Assembly: GCA_964422415.1 (NCBI GenBank)
Contig: CAYRBI010000008.1
Location: forward strand, 3,336 to 67,335
Direction: 5' to 3'
Source of the DNA: an uncultured bacterium
GTDB lineage: Bacteria > Hinthialibacterota > Hinthialibacteria > OLB16
DNA: 64,000 nt
Shown piece by piece: positions 11,439-21,491 of this stretch. The notes below the pieces were generated by a model, which saw only the letters and a program-made list of their open reading frames with translations, did not search any database and was not told where the DNA came from. The number at the start of each line of letters is the position of its first letter. Within the stretch, counting starts at the first letter, position 1. The translations under genes were made by a program, and so were the position numbers.

Positions 11439-12500
11439 ATGAATGGGGATACCACGCGAATGAACGGGAGGGCGCTTTCTTCTCTGCGGGCTTACTGTAA
11501 GCGATGGGGCATTATCCGTGACCAGCCGGGGGCGCTGGAAAGCGCGCTGGCCTCTTTTGTGTGCATCGGCTTGGTGGTGATGCTGTGGTATGTGCTAACC
11601 CGTGGACGCGCGGAAGAACGGACCATCGATCCGATTACCCTGCCCAGCTTAAGCGAGGCTTGGAGCTCCTTCCCACGCCTCTGGTTTGAGCGGGCGGTAG
11701 CCCGTAGCGCAATGTGGAGCCTGGGGAGAGTCCTGGGCGGATTCACGCTGGCCATCGCCATCGGTGTCCCACTGGGCGTGCTGGCCGGAACCTTTCTACG
11801 TTTGAACGCTTTTCTCCGGCCCATCTCCATCTTCGGACGGAACATTCCCATCGCCGCGCTGATTCCACTCACACTGATGTGGTTCGGTCTGGGCGAAACC
11901 CAGAAGGTGATGTTCATCTTCTTCGCCTCCGTGGCCTTCATCCTGTTTGACAGCACGGGGGCGGTTCAGAATGTCCCTGACAGCCACCTGGACGCCGCCT
12001 ACACATTGGGGGCGCGAGTGGACTGGAGAAAGGGTTCCATCTACGCGGCCATCATCGGGCTGGTGTATGCAGTGGTCTTCCTCTGCGCGCACCTGATGCT
12101 CTCGCAACGTCCCGGTCCGGAGGACGCAGCGCTGTGGTCAGCCTGGTATAAACATCTGGCCTCGCTGACTCTCATCGGATTCCTGTTGGGCTTCACGCTG
12201 TGGTGTCCAATTCTGAGCGTTCAGGCACTCAGCAAGGTCCTCCTCCCGCTGGCTCTTCCAGATATTGTCAACAGCCTGCGTCTGCTGTTCGGGCTGGCCT
12301 TCGGATACATCATGCTGGCCGAGGTCATCAACGCCGAGTATGGCCTGGGAGCGATCATCAACCTGAGCCAGCGCCAAGGCCCGCGTGAACACATCTACCT
12401 GGCACTCATCCTGATCGCGCTGCTGGCCTTTGCCATTGACCGTTGCATTCTGTCGCTGCAACGCTGGCTGTTTCCCTATTGCCAAGTAGGGGAGCATTGA
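11439..12500 (+). CDS. ABC transporter permease (NitT/TauT, BPD_transp_1 type)
   Basis: Multi-TM protein placed between the SBP and ATPase genes. The exact start Met is uncertain. Confidence 0.8.
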   Translation: MNGDTTRMNGRALSSLRAYCKRWGIIRDQPGALESALASFVCIGLVVMLWYVLTRGRAEERTIDPITLPSLSEAWSSFPRLWFERAVARSAMWSLGRVLGGFTLAIAIGVPLGVLAGTFLRLNAFLRPISIFGRNIPIAALIPLTLMWFGLGETQKVMFIFFASVAFILFDSTGAVQNVPDSHLDAAYTLGARVDWRKGSIYAAIIGLVYAVVFLCAHLMLSQRPGPEDAALWSAWYKHLASLTLIGFLLGFTLWCPILSVQALSKVLLPLALPDIVNSLRLLFGLAFGYIMLAEVINAEYGLGAIINLSQRQGPREHIYLALILIALLAFAIDRCILSLQRWLFPYCQVGEH

Positions 12501-12501
12501 G

Positions 12502-13365
12502 ATGCCCACTGCCCTGCCCTGTTCTTTGATTGATAGCCCACGCGCTCCGGTGATAGCCAGCGCAAAACCTATCATCGAATTCCGGAATGTAGCCAAGATG
12601 TATGGCCTGGGAACCCGGCGTGAGACGACGGTAATCCGTGATGTGAATTTCCTGGTCGAGGATCTCGAAGGGGTGGGAGAGTTTGTTGCCATGCTGGGGC
12701 CTAGTGGATGTGGCAAGAGCACCGTGCTGCGTCTCATCGCTGGTCTTCCACCCCAATTCCCAGCTTCGGCTGGCGAGGTTCTCTACCATGGCGAGACAGT
12801 CACCGGCCCTGGTATGGACCGTGGGATGGTCTTTCAAGACTACGCCTGCTTCGAGAACCGCACGGTCATCGATAATGTCGCTTTCGGCCTGGAATGCCGT
12901 GGTGTCTCCAAGAAGGAGCGCCATGAGCAAGCCCTCGAATGGATCGGCAAGGTGGGATTGAACCCCAGCAAGGACGCGTACAAATATCCGCATCAGCTCT
13001 CAGGCGGGATGCGCCAACGGGTCGCCATCGCACGGACATTAATATTAAAGCCACGGATCATCTTGATGGATGAGCCCTTTGGCGCACTCGATCCGGCCAC
13101 ACGCCACAACATGCAGGATCTACTCGTCACGCTGTGGAAAGAGGTACAGGCCACAGTCTTCTTTGTCACCCATGATGTCAGCGAGGCGGTGTATCTGGGT
13201 GACCGGGTCTTCATCTTCAGCAATGCCCCCGGAACCATCCTGCAGCGCTTCTATGTCATGTCACCCGACCGGCCCTCACGGCAGATGATGCAGGAGAAAG
13301 CCTTCCTGGAGACTGTCTTCCACATCCGGAACATCCTGGACGAACTCGAAGAAGGTAGTAGCTGA
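12502..13365 (+). CDS. ABC transporter ATP-binding protein (TauB/SsuB-like)
   Basis: Walker A GPSGCGKST, signature LSGGMRQRVAIARTL, Walker B ILMDEPFGALD, H-loop VTHD. Confidence 0.9.
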   Translation: MPTALPCSLIDSPRAPVIASAKPIIEFRNVAKMYGLGTRRETTVIRDVNFLVEDLEGVGEFVAMLGPSGCGKSTVLRLIAGLPPQFPASAGEVLYHGETVTGPGMDRGMVFQDYACFENRTVIDNVAFGLECRGVSKKERHEQALEWIGKVGLNPSKDAYKYPHQLSGGMRQRVAIARTLILKPRIILMDEPFGALDPATRHNMQDLLVTLWKEVQATVFFVTHDVSEAVYLGDRVFIFSNAPGTILQRFYVMSPDRPSRQMMQEKAFLETVFHIRNILDELEEGSS

Positions 13366-13366
13366 C

Positions 13367-14212
13367 ATGCGTGCGCGTAGCGGCTTCGTCGATTACGTGA
13401 AGGCCGCCTTCCTGTGGCATTGGAACCTGTTAGCGGTGGGAGCGGGAGTAGTGCTGGCGGTGCTCTCGCGGCGCACCGATGTCGTTTTGCCACTTCTCGG
13501 CGCGGGTGAATTGCTGTACCTCGGCCTACTCACCACCCGTCCACGCTTTCAAAAGGCAATCGATGCGCGCCGGTTGGGTGGCGAGCTTTCTCCCCAAACG
13601 GATCCCAAAATCCTTGATAAGATTCAAGACCAGCTCCAACCCGAAGACTGGGCCCGTTTCGAGAACCTCCGTAAGCGGTGCCTCGCCCTGAGCCGGATCG
13701 CCGAGCAGATCCGTGGCCCCCAGAATGCCGACACCACCCGCGTCCAGGACATGCAGACTGAATCGCTGGAACGACTGCTATGGATGTTCTTGAAACTCCT
13801 TTACAGCCAGGATGCCCTCAAGCGTTTCCTGCTGGCCACTAACCGCAATCAAATCCAGATCCAGATCGCGGCTTGCGACAAGGAACTCCAGGAGGCCACC
13901 AGCAATAAACGCAGCGACAAGTTGCTCCGTTCCCTGGAGGACAAACTCGACACCCTCAAACAGCGGTTATCCAATTTCGACCGCGCCGAGGAGAACCGTC
14001 AGATCCTCACCGCCGAGATCGACCGCATCGAACAAAAGGTCAACGCGATCAGCGAGCTGTCAGTCAGTTCACGTGACCCGGCGGATGTCTCCGCGCAGGT
14101 GGATGGCATCGCCGAGGGTGTCTCAGTCACCGAGGAGGCCATCCGTAAATTAGATGTCCCCCCGTTGTTTGAGACGGAGACCGCGCCACGATTCTTGAGT
14201 CAAAGCGAGTAA
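13367..14212 (+). CDS. hypothetical membrane-anchored coiled-coil protein
   Basis: Starts 1 nt after the ATPase stop. Two N-terminal hydrophobic helices, then about 200 aa of heptad-rich helix (LRSLEDKLDTLKQRLSNFDRAEENRQILTAEIDRIEQKV). No family recognised. Confidence 0.5.
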   Translation: MRARSGFVDYVKAAFLWHWNLLAVGAGVVLAVLSRRTDVVLPLLGAGELLYLGLLTTRPRFQKAIDARRLGGELSPQTDPKILDKIQDQLQPEDWARFENLRKRCLALSRIAEQIRGPQNADTTRVQDMQTESLERLLWMFLKLLYSQDALKRFLLATNRNQIQIQIAACDKELQEATSNKRSDKLLRSLEDKLDTLKQRLSNFDRAEENRQILTAEIDRIEQKVNAISELSVSSRDPADVSAQVDGIAEGVSVTEEAIRKLDVPPLFETETAPRFLSQSE

Positions 14213-14218
14213 GCCACC

Positions 14219-16015
14219 ATGACAGAAACGAAGACGAGTCTTCCGGCCTGGTCCGAGGAACTCCGGCAAGCCTACCTGGCGGGTACCGCGAGTCTGTTCA
14301 TCCTGAATGGGAATGTCTCCGACCTGGTGGGCAGCGAGGAGAACAACACCTACACCCTGGAACCACTGGCGGATTTCCTGGTGCGCCGTCTCTTCGGCAA
14401 CTATGACCTGGTACTGCATTACGACATGGGGCGCGGTCTACGGACATTCGCGGGCAATGATCCACAACGGCTCACACGCATGAACTCACTGATTGACCGT
14501 TTGCAGGGGGACAAGGGCGACCTACCACGCGATCCAACCCAGGCTTTACGCACCCTCGACCGGCTGGTGTCCCTCCTTCTGGTAGGCGAGGAAAACCGCT
14601 CGCGCAAGACAGCCGTGCTGGTGGATTACGCCGAGCTCCTCTGTCCGTTCGATGACCGTTATGGTGAACACCTCGCCACTTTCTTGAATTGGGCCCGGAG
14701 TCCAGTCATCCGGCGCGTGAACCTGCTCTTTATCCTGATGACCGAGAGCCTGGCACGGCTCAATCCGATCCTCGCGCAGAGTGGCCACACCCACGAGGTG
14801 TTTCTACCACTCCCCAGCCAGAGCGAACGCCGCCTCTTCATCTCCCGCCGGTTTACTGAGTTCGCTGAAGATGCGGAGCGATTGGCCATTCTGAGTTCAG
14901 GATTGACCTATACGAACCTTGACAGCTTGATGCGGCGGGTGGTGATGGACGCGGGAGAGAAAGGCCAAACCACGCCCACACCAGCCGTGGACATCGTGAA
15001 GAACCGGGAAGATGAAACCACACCAGTTCCCACGGGTCATCCGAAACGTATCCTCAGCGATACCAAATTGTTGGAGATCAAAAAATCACTCATGGAGGCG
15101 CAATGCCCCGGTCTGCTTGAGTTCGTGAAACCGGATTACACCCTGAACATGGTCGCGGGACACTCCGCCGCCAAGGAACGCTTGATTGCGGATGCACGTC
15201 TACTCAAAGAGGGGCAATTGGATGCGGTACCGATGGGGTACCTGCTCTGTGGGCCGGTGGGTGTGGGCAAGACCTTCCTGGCGTTGTGTTATGCGGGAGA
15301 AGTAGGAATCCCTTGCCTGACCATCCGCAATTTCCGTAGTAAATATGTTGGCGAAACAGAGTCCAACATCGAACGGATCCTCAGCGTGGTGCGTGAACTC
15401 GGCCCGGTGGCTGTCATCATTGATGAGGCCGACGCGGCGGTGGGAGACCGTTCTTCCTCGGGTGATTCTGGCACCAGCGCCCGGGTGTTCGCACAGCTCG
15501 CCAGCCAAATGGGAGACACACGCTACCGGGGGCGGATCATCTGGTTCCTTCTAACCTGCCGTCCGGATCTTCTGCCAGTGGACCTCAAGCGCCAAGGCCG
15601 TTGCGAGGAGCACATCCCTCTCTTCTACCCTCAATCGCCAGAGGAACTCAAAGCGATGTTTCTGGCGATGGCCAAGAAGGCCAAAGTCACCATCGATGAA
15701 TCGAATCTCCCCGACTTCGCCAAAATGCCCTCGCTGAGTGGCGCCGATATCGAAGGTGTTCTCACCCGTGCGCGGCGGGAATCCTTCCTACGTCAAAAAC
15801 CGGTCGATGCCGCAATGATCTCGGAAGTACTGGGAACCTTCCGTAGCGCGAAGAGCTCACAACACGAATTACAATGGCTCGCGGGTATCCTGGAATGCAC
15901 CGATGTGCGGTATCTGCCAGCCAGTGTGCGTACCAGTTTCGATGACGCCACCAGCTACCAAACTCTTGTACAGCGGTTTCACAGTCTCAAAGCCGTCCAA
16001 GATGTTTGCGAGTGA
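14219..16015 (+). CDS. AAA-family ATPase (classical clade) with a degenerate N-terminal AAA-like domain
   Basis: Walker A GPVGVGKTF, SKYVGETE, Walker B VIIDEADA and second region of homology (TCRPDLLPVDLKRQGRCEEHI), typical of the Cdc48/FtsH/Vps4-type clade. The N-terminal half has FILNGNVSD and VLVDYAELL where Walker A and B would sit. Confidence 0.85.
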   Translation: MTETKTSLPAWSEELRQAYLAGTASLFILNGNVSDLVGSEENNTYTLEPLADFLVRRLFGNYDLVLHYDMGRGLRTFAGNDPQRLTRMNSLIDRLQGDKGDLPRDPTQALRTLDRLVSLLLVGEENRSRKTAVLVDYAELLCPFDDRYGEHLATFLNWARSPVIRRVNLLFILMTESLARLNPILAQSGHTHEVFLPLPSQSERRLFISRRFTEFAEDAERLAILSSGLTYTNLDSLMRRVVMDAGEKGQTTPTPAVDIVKNREDETTPVPTGHPKRILSDTKLLEIKKSLMEAQCPGLLEFVKPDYTLNMVAGHSAAKERLIADARLLKEGQLDAVPMGYLLCGPVGVGKTFLALCYAGEVGIPCLTIRNFRSKYVGETESNIERILSVVRELGPVAVIIDEADAAVGDRSSSGDSGTSARVFAQLASQMGDTRYRGRIIWFLLTCRPDLLPVDLKRQGRCEEHIPLFYPQSPEELKAMFLAMAKKAKVTIDESNLPDFAKMPSLSGADIEGVLTRARRESFLRQKPVDAAMISEVLGTFRSAKSSQHELQWLAGILECTDVRYLPASVRTSFDDATSYQTLVQRFHSLKAVQDVCE

Positions 16016-16184
16016 AGAGTGTTTCCCACTCACCCCGTGTACCTTCACCACTGACGCATGAATCATTTCTCGCGCCGATGGAAGGAAAAGAGAATTGAAG
16101 AAAGGAATCCCCTTCTAGTGTGAGGGGACCGGAAGTTAAGGGGAAGATAAGCAATCTTGTGGTAGGTGTTGTGAGTGGTTCAGT

Positions 16185-16234
16185 AAAAAAACCCCCTCCA
16201 CGGAGCCACTTTGCAGGGGCGGCTCCGTGGAGGG
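16185..16234 (-). terminator. rho-independent terminator of the MCP gene
   Basis: 14-bp perfect stem ccctccacggagcc (16194-16207) / ggctccgtggaggg (16221-16234), followed on the minus strand by a U7 run (A7 at 16185-16191 on plus). Lies 24 nt after the MCP stop. Confidence 0.8.
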
Positions 16235-16257
16235 ACAGTGCAAGGACTCTGTCAGGT

Positions 16258-18582
16258 TCAGTAATCCCTGAGATCATCGTCATCCAAAGGGATAACACTT
16301 TCTGGACGAACCGCTCTCATCTCTTTAGGGAGCCGGTTGCTTCCAGCATGACCTGGGGCCTTGCGCGTCGCCGATTTGGAGCCATGTCCATTGTTCCCAA
16401 TGTGACCGCCAATCTTCACCATAGCAGGCTGTACTTGATTCCGTGAGGGTTTGGGAGCAATACGAGAAGGAGGAATTATTCTTTCAGCATGGGCGGAGTT
16501 GATACTCGAGAGGGTAAAGGAACCAACCATATCAGCCAGCTCCTCGGCTTGGCTACGTAACTCCTCGGAAGCTGCGGCGGATTCCTCCGCGTTGGCGGCG
16601 TTCTGTTGGGTCACGGAGTTCATCTGAGCCACCGCCACATTGATCTGTTCGATACCCCGGGACTGCTGCTCAGAGGCCGCTGCGATCTCAGTGATCACAT
16701 CGCTGACCTTAGTGGAACCGTTCATGATCTCGCTCAGGACCCTAGCCACCTCTGTGCATATATCCACCCCACCTTGGGCATTCTTCACAGAACCCTCGAT
16801 CAGATCCGCTGTATTCTTCGCCGCCGTCGCCGAACGTTGCGCCAGATTCCGGACCTCCTCGGCCACGACAGCGAAACCTTTCCCCGCATCGCCAGCCCGC
16901 GCAGCCTCGACCGCCGCATTCAGGGCTAGCAGATTGGTCTGGAAGGCAATCTCGTCAATGGTCTTCACGATCTTGGCGGTCTCATCCGAAGAGTTCTTAA
17001 TCCGGATTATAGCATCCGACATCCGCTCCATCGAGGAATTACCCTTCTCCGCCGAGAAACGGGACTCATCGGAGAGCTGCTTGGCATGACTGGCGTTGGC
17101 GGCGTTCTGCCGTGTGGTGGAGGCCATCTCTTCCAGACTAGCGGAGACCTCTTCGAGCGAACTGGCTTGTTCGTTGGCACCCTCCGCGAGGGTTTGGCTG
17201 CCAGTGCTGATCTGGCCACTGGCGTCATTCACCTGCTCCACCGAGGAGGCCACCTGTGCCAAGGACTCATCGAGGGTTTGAAGAACCTTGTTGATGTTGG
17301 TCTTCATCAGGTCGAAAGCCCCTTGGTATTCTCTCTGAACCCGGTTTGTCAGGTCACGGTTCGCAGCGCCTTGCAGCGCCTTACCACCATCCTGAATGAT
17401 GAGCCCATCCAGGGCACCAATACACACATTCAGGTTGTTCTTGATCAAGTTGAAGTCACCGTTGTAGGAGTCCGTGATGAGGGGTGGGATATCTCCCTTG
17501 GAAATGCGGTCCACATAATTGGCGGCCATGTTCAAGGGACCGATGACCGCATCAAGGCAGTCGTTAAAACCCTGGACAATGTCTTTATATCCACCGTGGA
17601 ACTTGGATGCATCGCCACGTGTTGCGAGATGCCCTTGGACCGCGGCCACGGAGAGAGAATTCGCCTCGGTGACAAGGCCCCGCAGCGATTCAACCACTTG
17701 TTTCATGGCAGGCGAGATCTCATCCTGACCATCCTTGATGGTAACCTCCATGGACAGATCACCGGCGGCCACATTCTGGAGATTCCCCACCACATTCTTC
17801 TGAAGATCCTCCGAGAAAACATCCATGGCCCTGGCCAGCACGCCGACCTCATCCTTACGGTCCATCTTGAGACGCATGCCCAGATGTCCCTTCACCATCT
17901 CTTGCATCATTTCAACACCACGCATGAGGGGCTTGGTGATGCCGCGGGCGATCAAGAGCCCAACACTAATGGCGAGAATAAACGCCAGCAAGCAACCCAC
18001 GATACTGATCGTAACAGCCATCTTGAATTCCTCGGCCGCCGTGGAATTTAGGTTAGTGGCGGCATTTTTATTGGCCTCAACCATCTTCTCGATGAGTCCG
18101 CCAATTTCCTTGCGCGCCGTGGCCGCCGCCCCACCATCCAACAAACCTTTTTTCGCCCCTTCGATATCTCCCGAACGAGCGCAGACAGCAACACTCTCGA
18201 CAGCGGCTTGATACCTCGACCAGAGCTCATCGAAGGGTTGCATGATCTCGATCTCTTCCTCGGTCAAATCCGCTTTACGGCATTCCTCAATCATGGAATT
18301 CACCGTGGCGATGTTCCCCTTCATTAGTCCCTCGATCGCGACACGCTCCTCTGGAATCAAGGCGAGTTTATAAATATCGCCACGAATCGCATAAATCGAT
18401 TTCTCGATCTTGCCCAAGCAATGGATGGGAACCAACCCATTGTCATAGAGTGAACCGAGTGATGTGTTCGCGTCTTGTAGACTCCAGTAGCCCACCACCG
18501 CGACACATACCACCAGCAGCGCCACAAGAAAGAATCCACTCGTGATTTTTGTTCCGACTTTCATGTCATCTAGTTTTCTCAT
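16258..18582 (-). CDS. methyl-accepting chemotaxis protein with multiple HAMP repeats
   Basis: TM1, periplasmic helical sensor, TM2, a long HAMP-rich linker, and the conserved signalling hairpin ([43 protein letters not shown]). Confidence 0.9.
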   Translation of the reverse strand: MRKLDDMKVGTKITSGFFLVALLVVCVAVVGYWSLQDANTSLGSLYDNGLVPIHCLGKIEKSIYAIRGDIYKLALIPEERVAIEGLMKGNIATVNSMIEECRKADLTEEEIEIMQPFDELWSRYQAAVESVAVCARSGDIEGAKKGLLDGGAAATARKEIGGLIEKMVEANKNAATNLNSTAAEEFKMAVTISIVGCLLAFILAISVGLLIARGITKPLMRGVEMMQEMVKGHLGMRLKMDRKDEVGVLARAMDVFSEDLQKNVVGNLQNVAAGDLSMEVTIKDGQDEISPAMKQVVESLRGLVTEANSLSVAAVQGHLATRGDASKFHGGYKDIVQGFNDCLDAVIGPLNMAANYVDRISKGDIPPLITDSYNGDFNLIKNNLNVCIGALDGLIIQDGGKALQGAANRDLTNRVQREYQGAFDLMKTNINKVLQTLDESLAQVASSVEQVNDASGQISTGSQTLAEGANEQASSLEEVSASLEEMASTTRQNAANASHAKQLSDESRFSAEKGNSSMERMSDAIIRIKNSSDETAKIVKTIDEIAFQTNLLALNAAVEAARAGDAGKGFAVVAEEVRNLAQRSATAAKNTADLIEGSVKNAQGGVDICTEVARVLSEIMNGSTKVSDVITEIAAASEQQSRGIEQINVAVAQMNSVTQQNAANAEESAAASEELRSQAEELADMVGSFTLSSINSAHAERIIPPSRIAPKPSRNQVQPAMVKIGGHIGNNGHGSKSATRKAPGHAGSNRLPKEMRAVRPESVIPLDDDDLRDY

Positions 18583-18644
18583 CTCTCTTCACCTCACAGC
18601 CCTTTCTATATCCGCCACCCGCGAGCAGGTGGAACTTTTCATCT

Positions 18645-19184
18645 TCAGTTCGCTTCCGCGTCGCTGATGAGCGATATTTCAGCCGTTTCGCGGGTTGACA
18701 TCACCCGATCCACATCCAAAAGCAGAACCACTTTACTGCCCACCTTCCCAATCCCCAGAATGAAGGTGGTATCCACCGCCGCTCCGAACTCGGGAGCGTT
18801 CTCGATCTGGCCTGATTGAATATCGAGTACTTCCGAGACTTCATCGACAATGGTTCCCATCGTGATTTGCCGTCCATCCCGGGAAACCTGTACCACGATG
18901 ATGCAAGAACGGTCGGTGTCATCTTTATGACACATCCCGAATTTAAGGCGCAGATCCACCACCGGAATAACCTTACCGCGTAAGTTGATCACCCCACGGA
19001 TAAAGGCTGGTGTCTTAGGAACCCGAGTAATCGAGATCAAGCCCATGATCTCCTGAACCTTGAGTATCTCGAGGCCAAAGACCTCACCCTCCAACTGGAA
19101 GGTGAGAAACTTTCCCCCGTGTGGTATTCCGCCAACGGTACGGGTTGCCGTCATGGGAGCCTCCAGCACTGCTTGTCCTGTCAT
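18645..19184 (-). CDS. cheW: chemotaxis coupling protein CheW
   Basis: FLTFQLEGEVFGLEILKVQEI ... IRGVINLRGKVIPVVDLRLKFG is a typical CheW domain. Confidence 0.9.
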   Translation of the reverse strand: MTGQAVLEAPMTATRTVGGIPHGGKFLTFQLEGEVFGLEILKVQEIMGLISITRVPKTPAFIRGVINLRGKVIPVVDLRLKFGMCHKDDTDRSCIIVVQVSRDGRQITMGTIVDEVSEVLDIQSGQIENAPEFGAAVDTTFILGIGKVGSKVVLLLDVDRVMSTRETAEISLISDAEAN

Positions 19185-19217
19185 AGTCCAACCTCCTTGT
19201 TCTCTTGCCCTGACTGA

Positions 19218-21491
19218 TTAATTCATACTGGTTATAATTTCCGGCCGATCCAGGCGGAAACCGTTGCTACCCGAATGAACCTCGTCTTTGGCGGCGTAAT
19301 TCCCATTCGTGACCGCCAGCCGGACCAAGGCGCCGATATCGAGAATCAACCCCACCCGTCCATCGGGCATAATGGCCCCACCCGAAAGACCCGGTGTTCC
19401 ATTGAGAGCCTCACCGAGAGGTTTGATGACAATCTGTTGCTGCCCCAGCAAGTCATCCACCACCAGCGCCGCGCGCTTGCCATCATCCTCGACCACGACA
19501 GCCGTGGCTTGTGTGACTTCTTGCAAGGCGCCACGGGTGTCAAACAGCCGGTCCAATCGGAATAAGGGAATCAAGTCCCCTTGTACCGACAGCATTTCTC
19601 CACGCTGGAAGAGCGATGAAATTTCACCTGGCAGAGGACGCAAGGACTGAACAATCGAGAGAGTCGGAATGATGTATTTCTCGCCGGAGACCCGTACGAC
19701 CATTCCATCGATAATGGCCAGCGTGAGCGGCAGGCGGATGGTGAAGACACTCCCCATGCCAGGCTCGGAGATGATTTCCACCTGGCCACGCAAGGCCTCC
19801 ACGTTCTTCTTGACCACATCCATCCCAACCCCACGCCCAGAGACATCGCTGATGGTGCTGGCGGTCGAGAATCCGGGCAGAAAGATCAGGTTGAAGATCT
19901 CACGTTCGGTTAACGGCTCACCCTCACGGACCAGGCCGCGGTCGATAGCCTTCGCCAAGATGGCATCTTTGTTCAATCCACGCCCATCATCATGGACCTC
20001 GATATAGATGGCGCCTCCCTTGTGATAGGCACGCAGTTCAATTCTTCCCACCTCGGGTTTTCCGAGTTTGATACGCTCCTTGGGATCGGTCTCGATGCCA
20101 TGATCCACCGCATTCCGGATCATATGGATCAATGGATCGCCAATCTGATCCACCACGGTTTTATCCAGTTCAGTATCTTCGCCAGCGGTTATGAGCTCGA
20201 CCTTCTTCCACGATTTATGCGCCAGATCACGTACCAGGCGGGCCATCTTCTGGAAGGTGGGACGAATGGGAACCATCCGTAGCGAGGTTCCCATCGCCTG
20301 TAATTCGCGAGTGATCTTGTCGAGTTGGCCGAGGTGACGCAAAAGAGCAGGCGAGGCGGTTCTTTTAAGTTCATCGGATTGGCAGACCATGGATTCGGCG
20401 ATGACCAATTCACCGATCGTGTCGAGGAGTTGATCCAGACGGTCAGCATCGACCTTGACCGTCTCCCGAATCTGAAGCGCCTGACTTTGCGCGGCCCCTT
20501 GAGAACGCAGGGCCTTGGCCACCTGACGAGCCTCGACCTTTCCCTCCTTCACTAACACCTCACCAATCTTCCGGGGGGGAACCGTACGAGACTGGTCCTG
20601 TAGGGCCTCGGCTAGATCATTCGGAGAAAGAAGGCCAGCATCAGTGAGAACTTCACCCAGCCGTTTACGGGAAGCTTCGGCCGGAGTGGGAACCCCGGCT
20701 TCAGTGGCATCCTCCGTAAGGAGCGTATCCACACCCTTGAGCCGCTCGATTAAGGGGACCATGACCTCATCCCCTGAGACTTGCCCCTCCATCGAACCAT
20801 CGGCGCGGAATCCTTTGATAACCTGCTTGAGGCCATCCACGGTGTCGAACACCAGGTCGATCACAGGACCGGCGAGAATCAAACTTCCCTCCCGCGCCCG
20901 GTCGAGCAGATTTTCGGCTTGGTGTGCCAGGGTTCCGATTTGAGTGAGCCCCAGAATTCCCGCTGAGCCCTTCACGGTATGGAAGGCACGGAAAACCGCA
21001 TTCAAAGCCTCACGGTCAGTGGAATCTGTCTCCATCGCCAACAACTGCATTTCCGAGTTGTCGAGGTGCTCCAACGACTCAGCCACAAAGGTCTCAAGCA
21101 TCTCTTGCGTGATATAATCGGCCATCGTGGACTTAGCAGGTGATGGCATGGAGGAAGCCATCTCCAAACCATACTCCTCCGGCGCCGTCAGACCGTCAGT
21201 GGAGAGAGAATTGATGGGGGCCGCTGGAATATTATCACCGGGGCTGAATCCAGCGATCTCCAGCGTCATTCCTTCGAAGCTCTGGATCCGGGCCTCAACC
21301 TCAGACACTGGATGAGTGCTGGAAAGGCGGATATGGAGAGTCCCGCCTGGCTCCAATTCTTGATCGTTCCGTATATCGGGAACAACATTTTCAACAACCC
21401 CAAAAATCTCCAGATCGCGTACCAGCACCAGAGCACGTACGGTGGGCATGGGGAGATCTTCCGACAAGTGGATGGCAAGGTTCCACATCAT
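19218..21491 (-). CDS. cheA: chemotaxis histidine kinase CheA with an extra ~125-aa N-terminal region
   Basis: HPt (FRAFHTVKGSAG), HATPase (HMIRNAVDHGIE, DDGRGL, GRGVGMDVV) and a C-terminal CheW-like domain. No fused receiver. Confidence 0.9.
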   Translation of the reverse strand: MMWNLAIHLSEDLPMPTVRALVLVRDLEIFGVVENVVPDIRNDQELEPGGTLHIRLSSTHPVSEVEARIQSFEGMTLEIAGFSPGDNIPAAPINSLSTDGLTAPEEYGLEMASSMPSPAKSTMADYITQEMLETFVAESLEHLDNSEMQLLAMETDSTDREALNAVFRAFHTVKGSAGILGLTQIGTLAHQAENLLDRAREGSLILAGPVIDLVFDTVDGLKQVIKGFRADGSMEGQVSGDEVMVPLIERLKGVDTLLTEDATEAGVPTPAEASRKRLGEVLTDAGLLSPNDLAEALQDQSRTVPPRKIGEVLVKEGKVEARQVAKALRSQGAAQSQALQIRETVKVDADRLDQLLDTIGELVIAESMVCQSDELKRTASPALLRHLGQLDKITRELQAMGTSLRMVPIRPTFQKMARLVRDLAHKSWKKVELITAGEDTELDKTVVDQIGDPLIHMIRNAVDHGIETDPKERIKLGKPEVGRIELRAYHKGGAIYIEVHDDGRGLNKDAILAKAIDRGLVREGEPLTEREIFNLIFLPGFSTASTISDVSGRGVGMDVVKKNVEALRGQVEIISEPGMGSVFTIRLPLTLAIIDGMVVRVSGEKYIIPTLSIVQSLRPLPGEISSLFQRGEMLSVQGDLIPLFRLDRLFDTRGALQEVTQATAVVVEDDGKRAALVVDDLLGQQQIVIKPLGEALNGTPGLSGGAIMPDGRVGLILDIGALVRLAVTNGNYAAKDEVHSGSNGFRLDRPEIITSMN

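Noticed and set aside
17086-18051. Long antisense ORFs inside strongly supported genes. Examples: 321 aa opposite the MCP, 347 aa at 53838-54881 opposite the aspA-like gene, 233 aa at 4169-4870, and 258 aa at 58602-59378.
   Set aside because: These are shadow ORFs typical of GC-rich coding DNA. They have low-complexity or His/Arg/Gly-rich composition and no motifs, and the opposite-strand gene has unambiguous family signatures.
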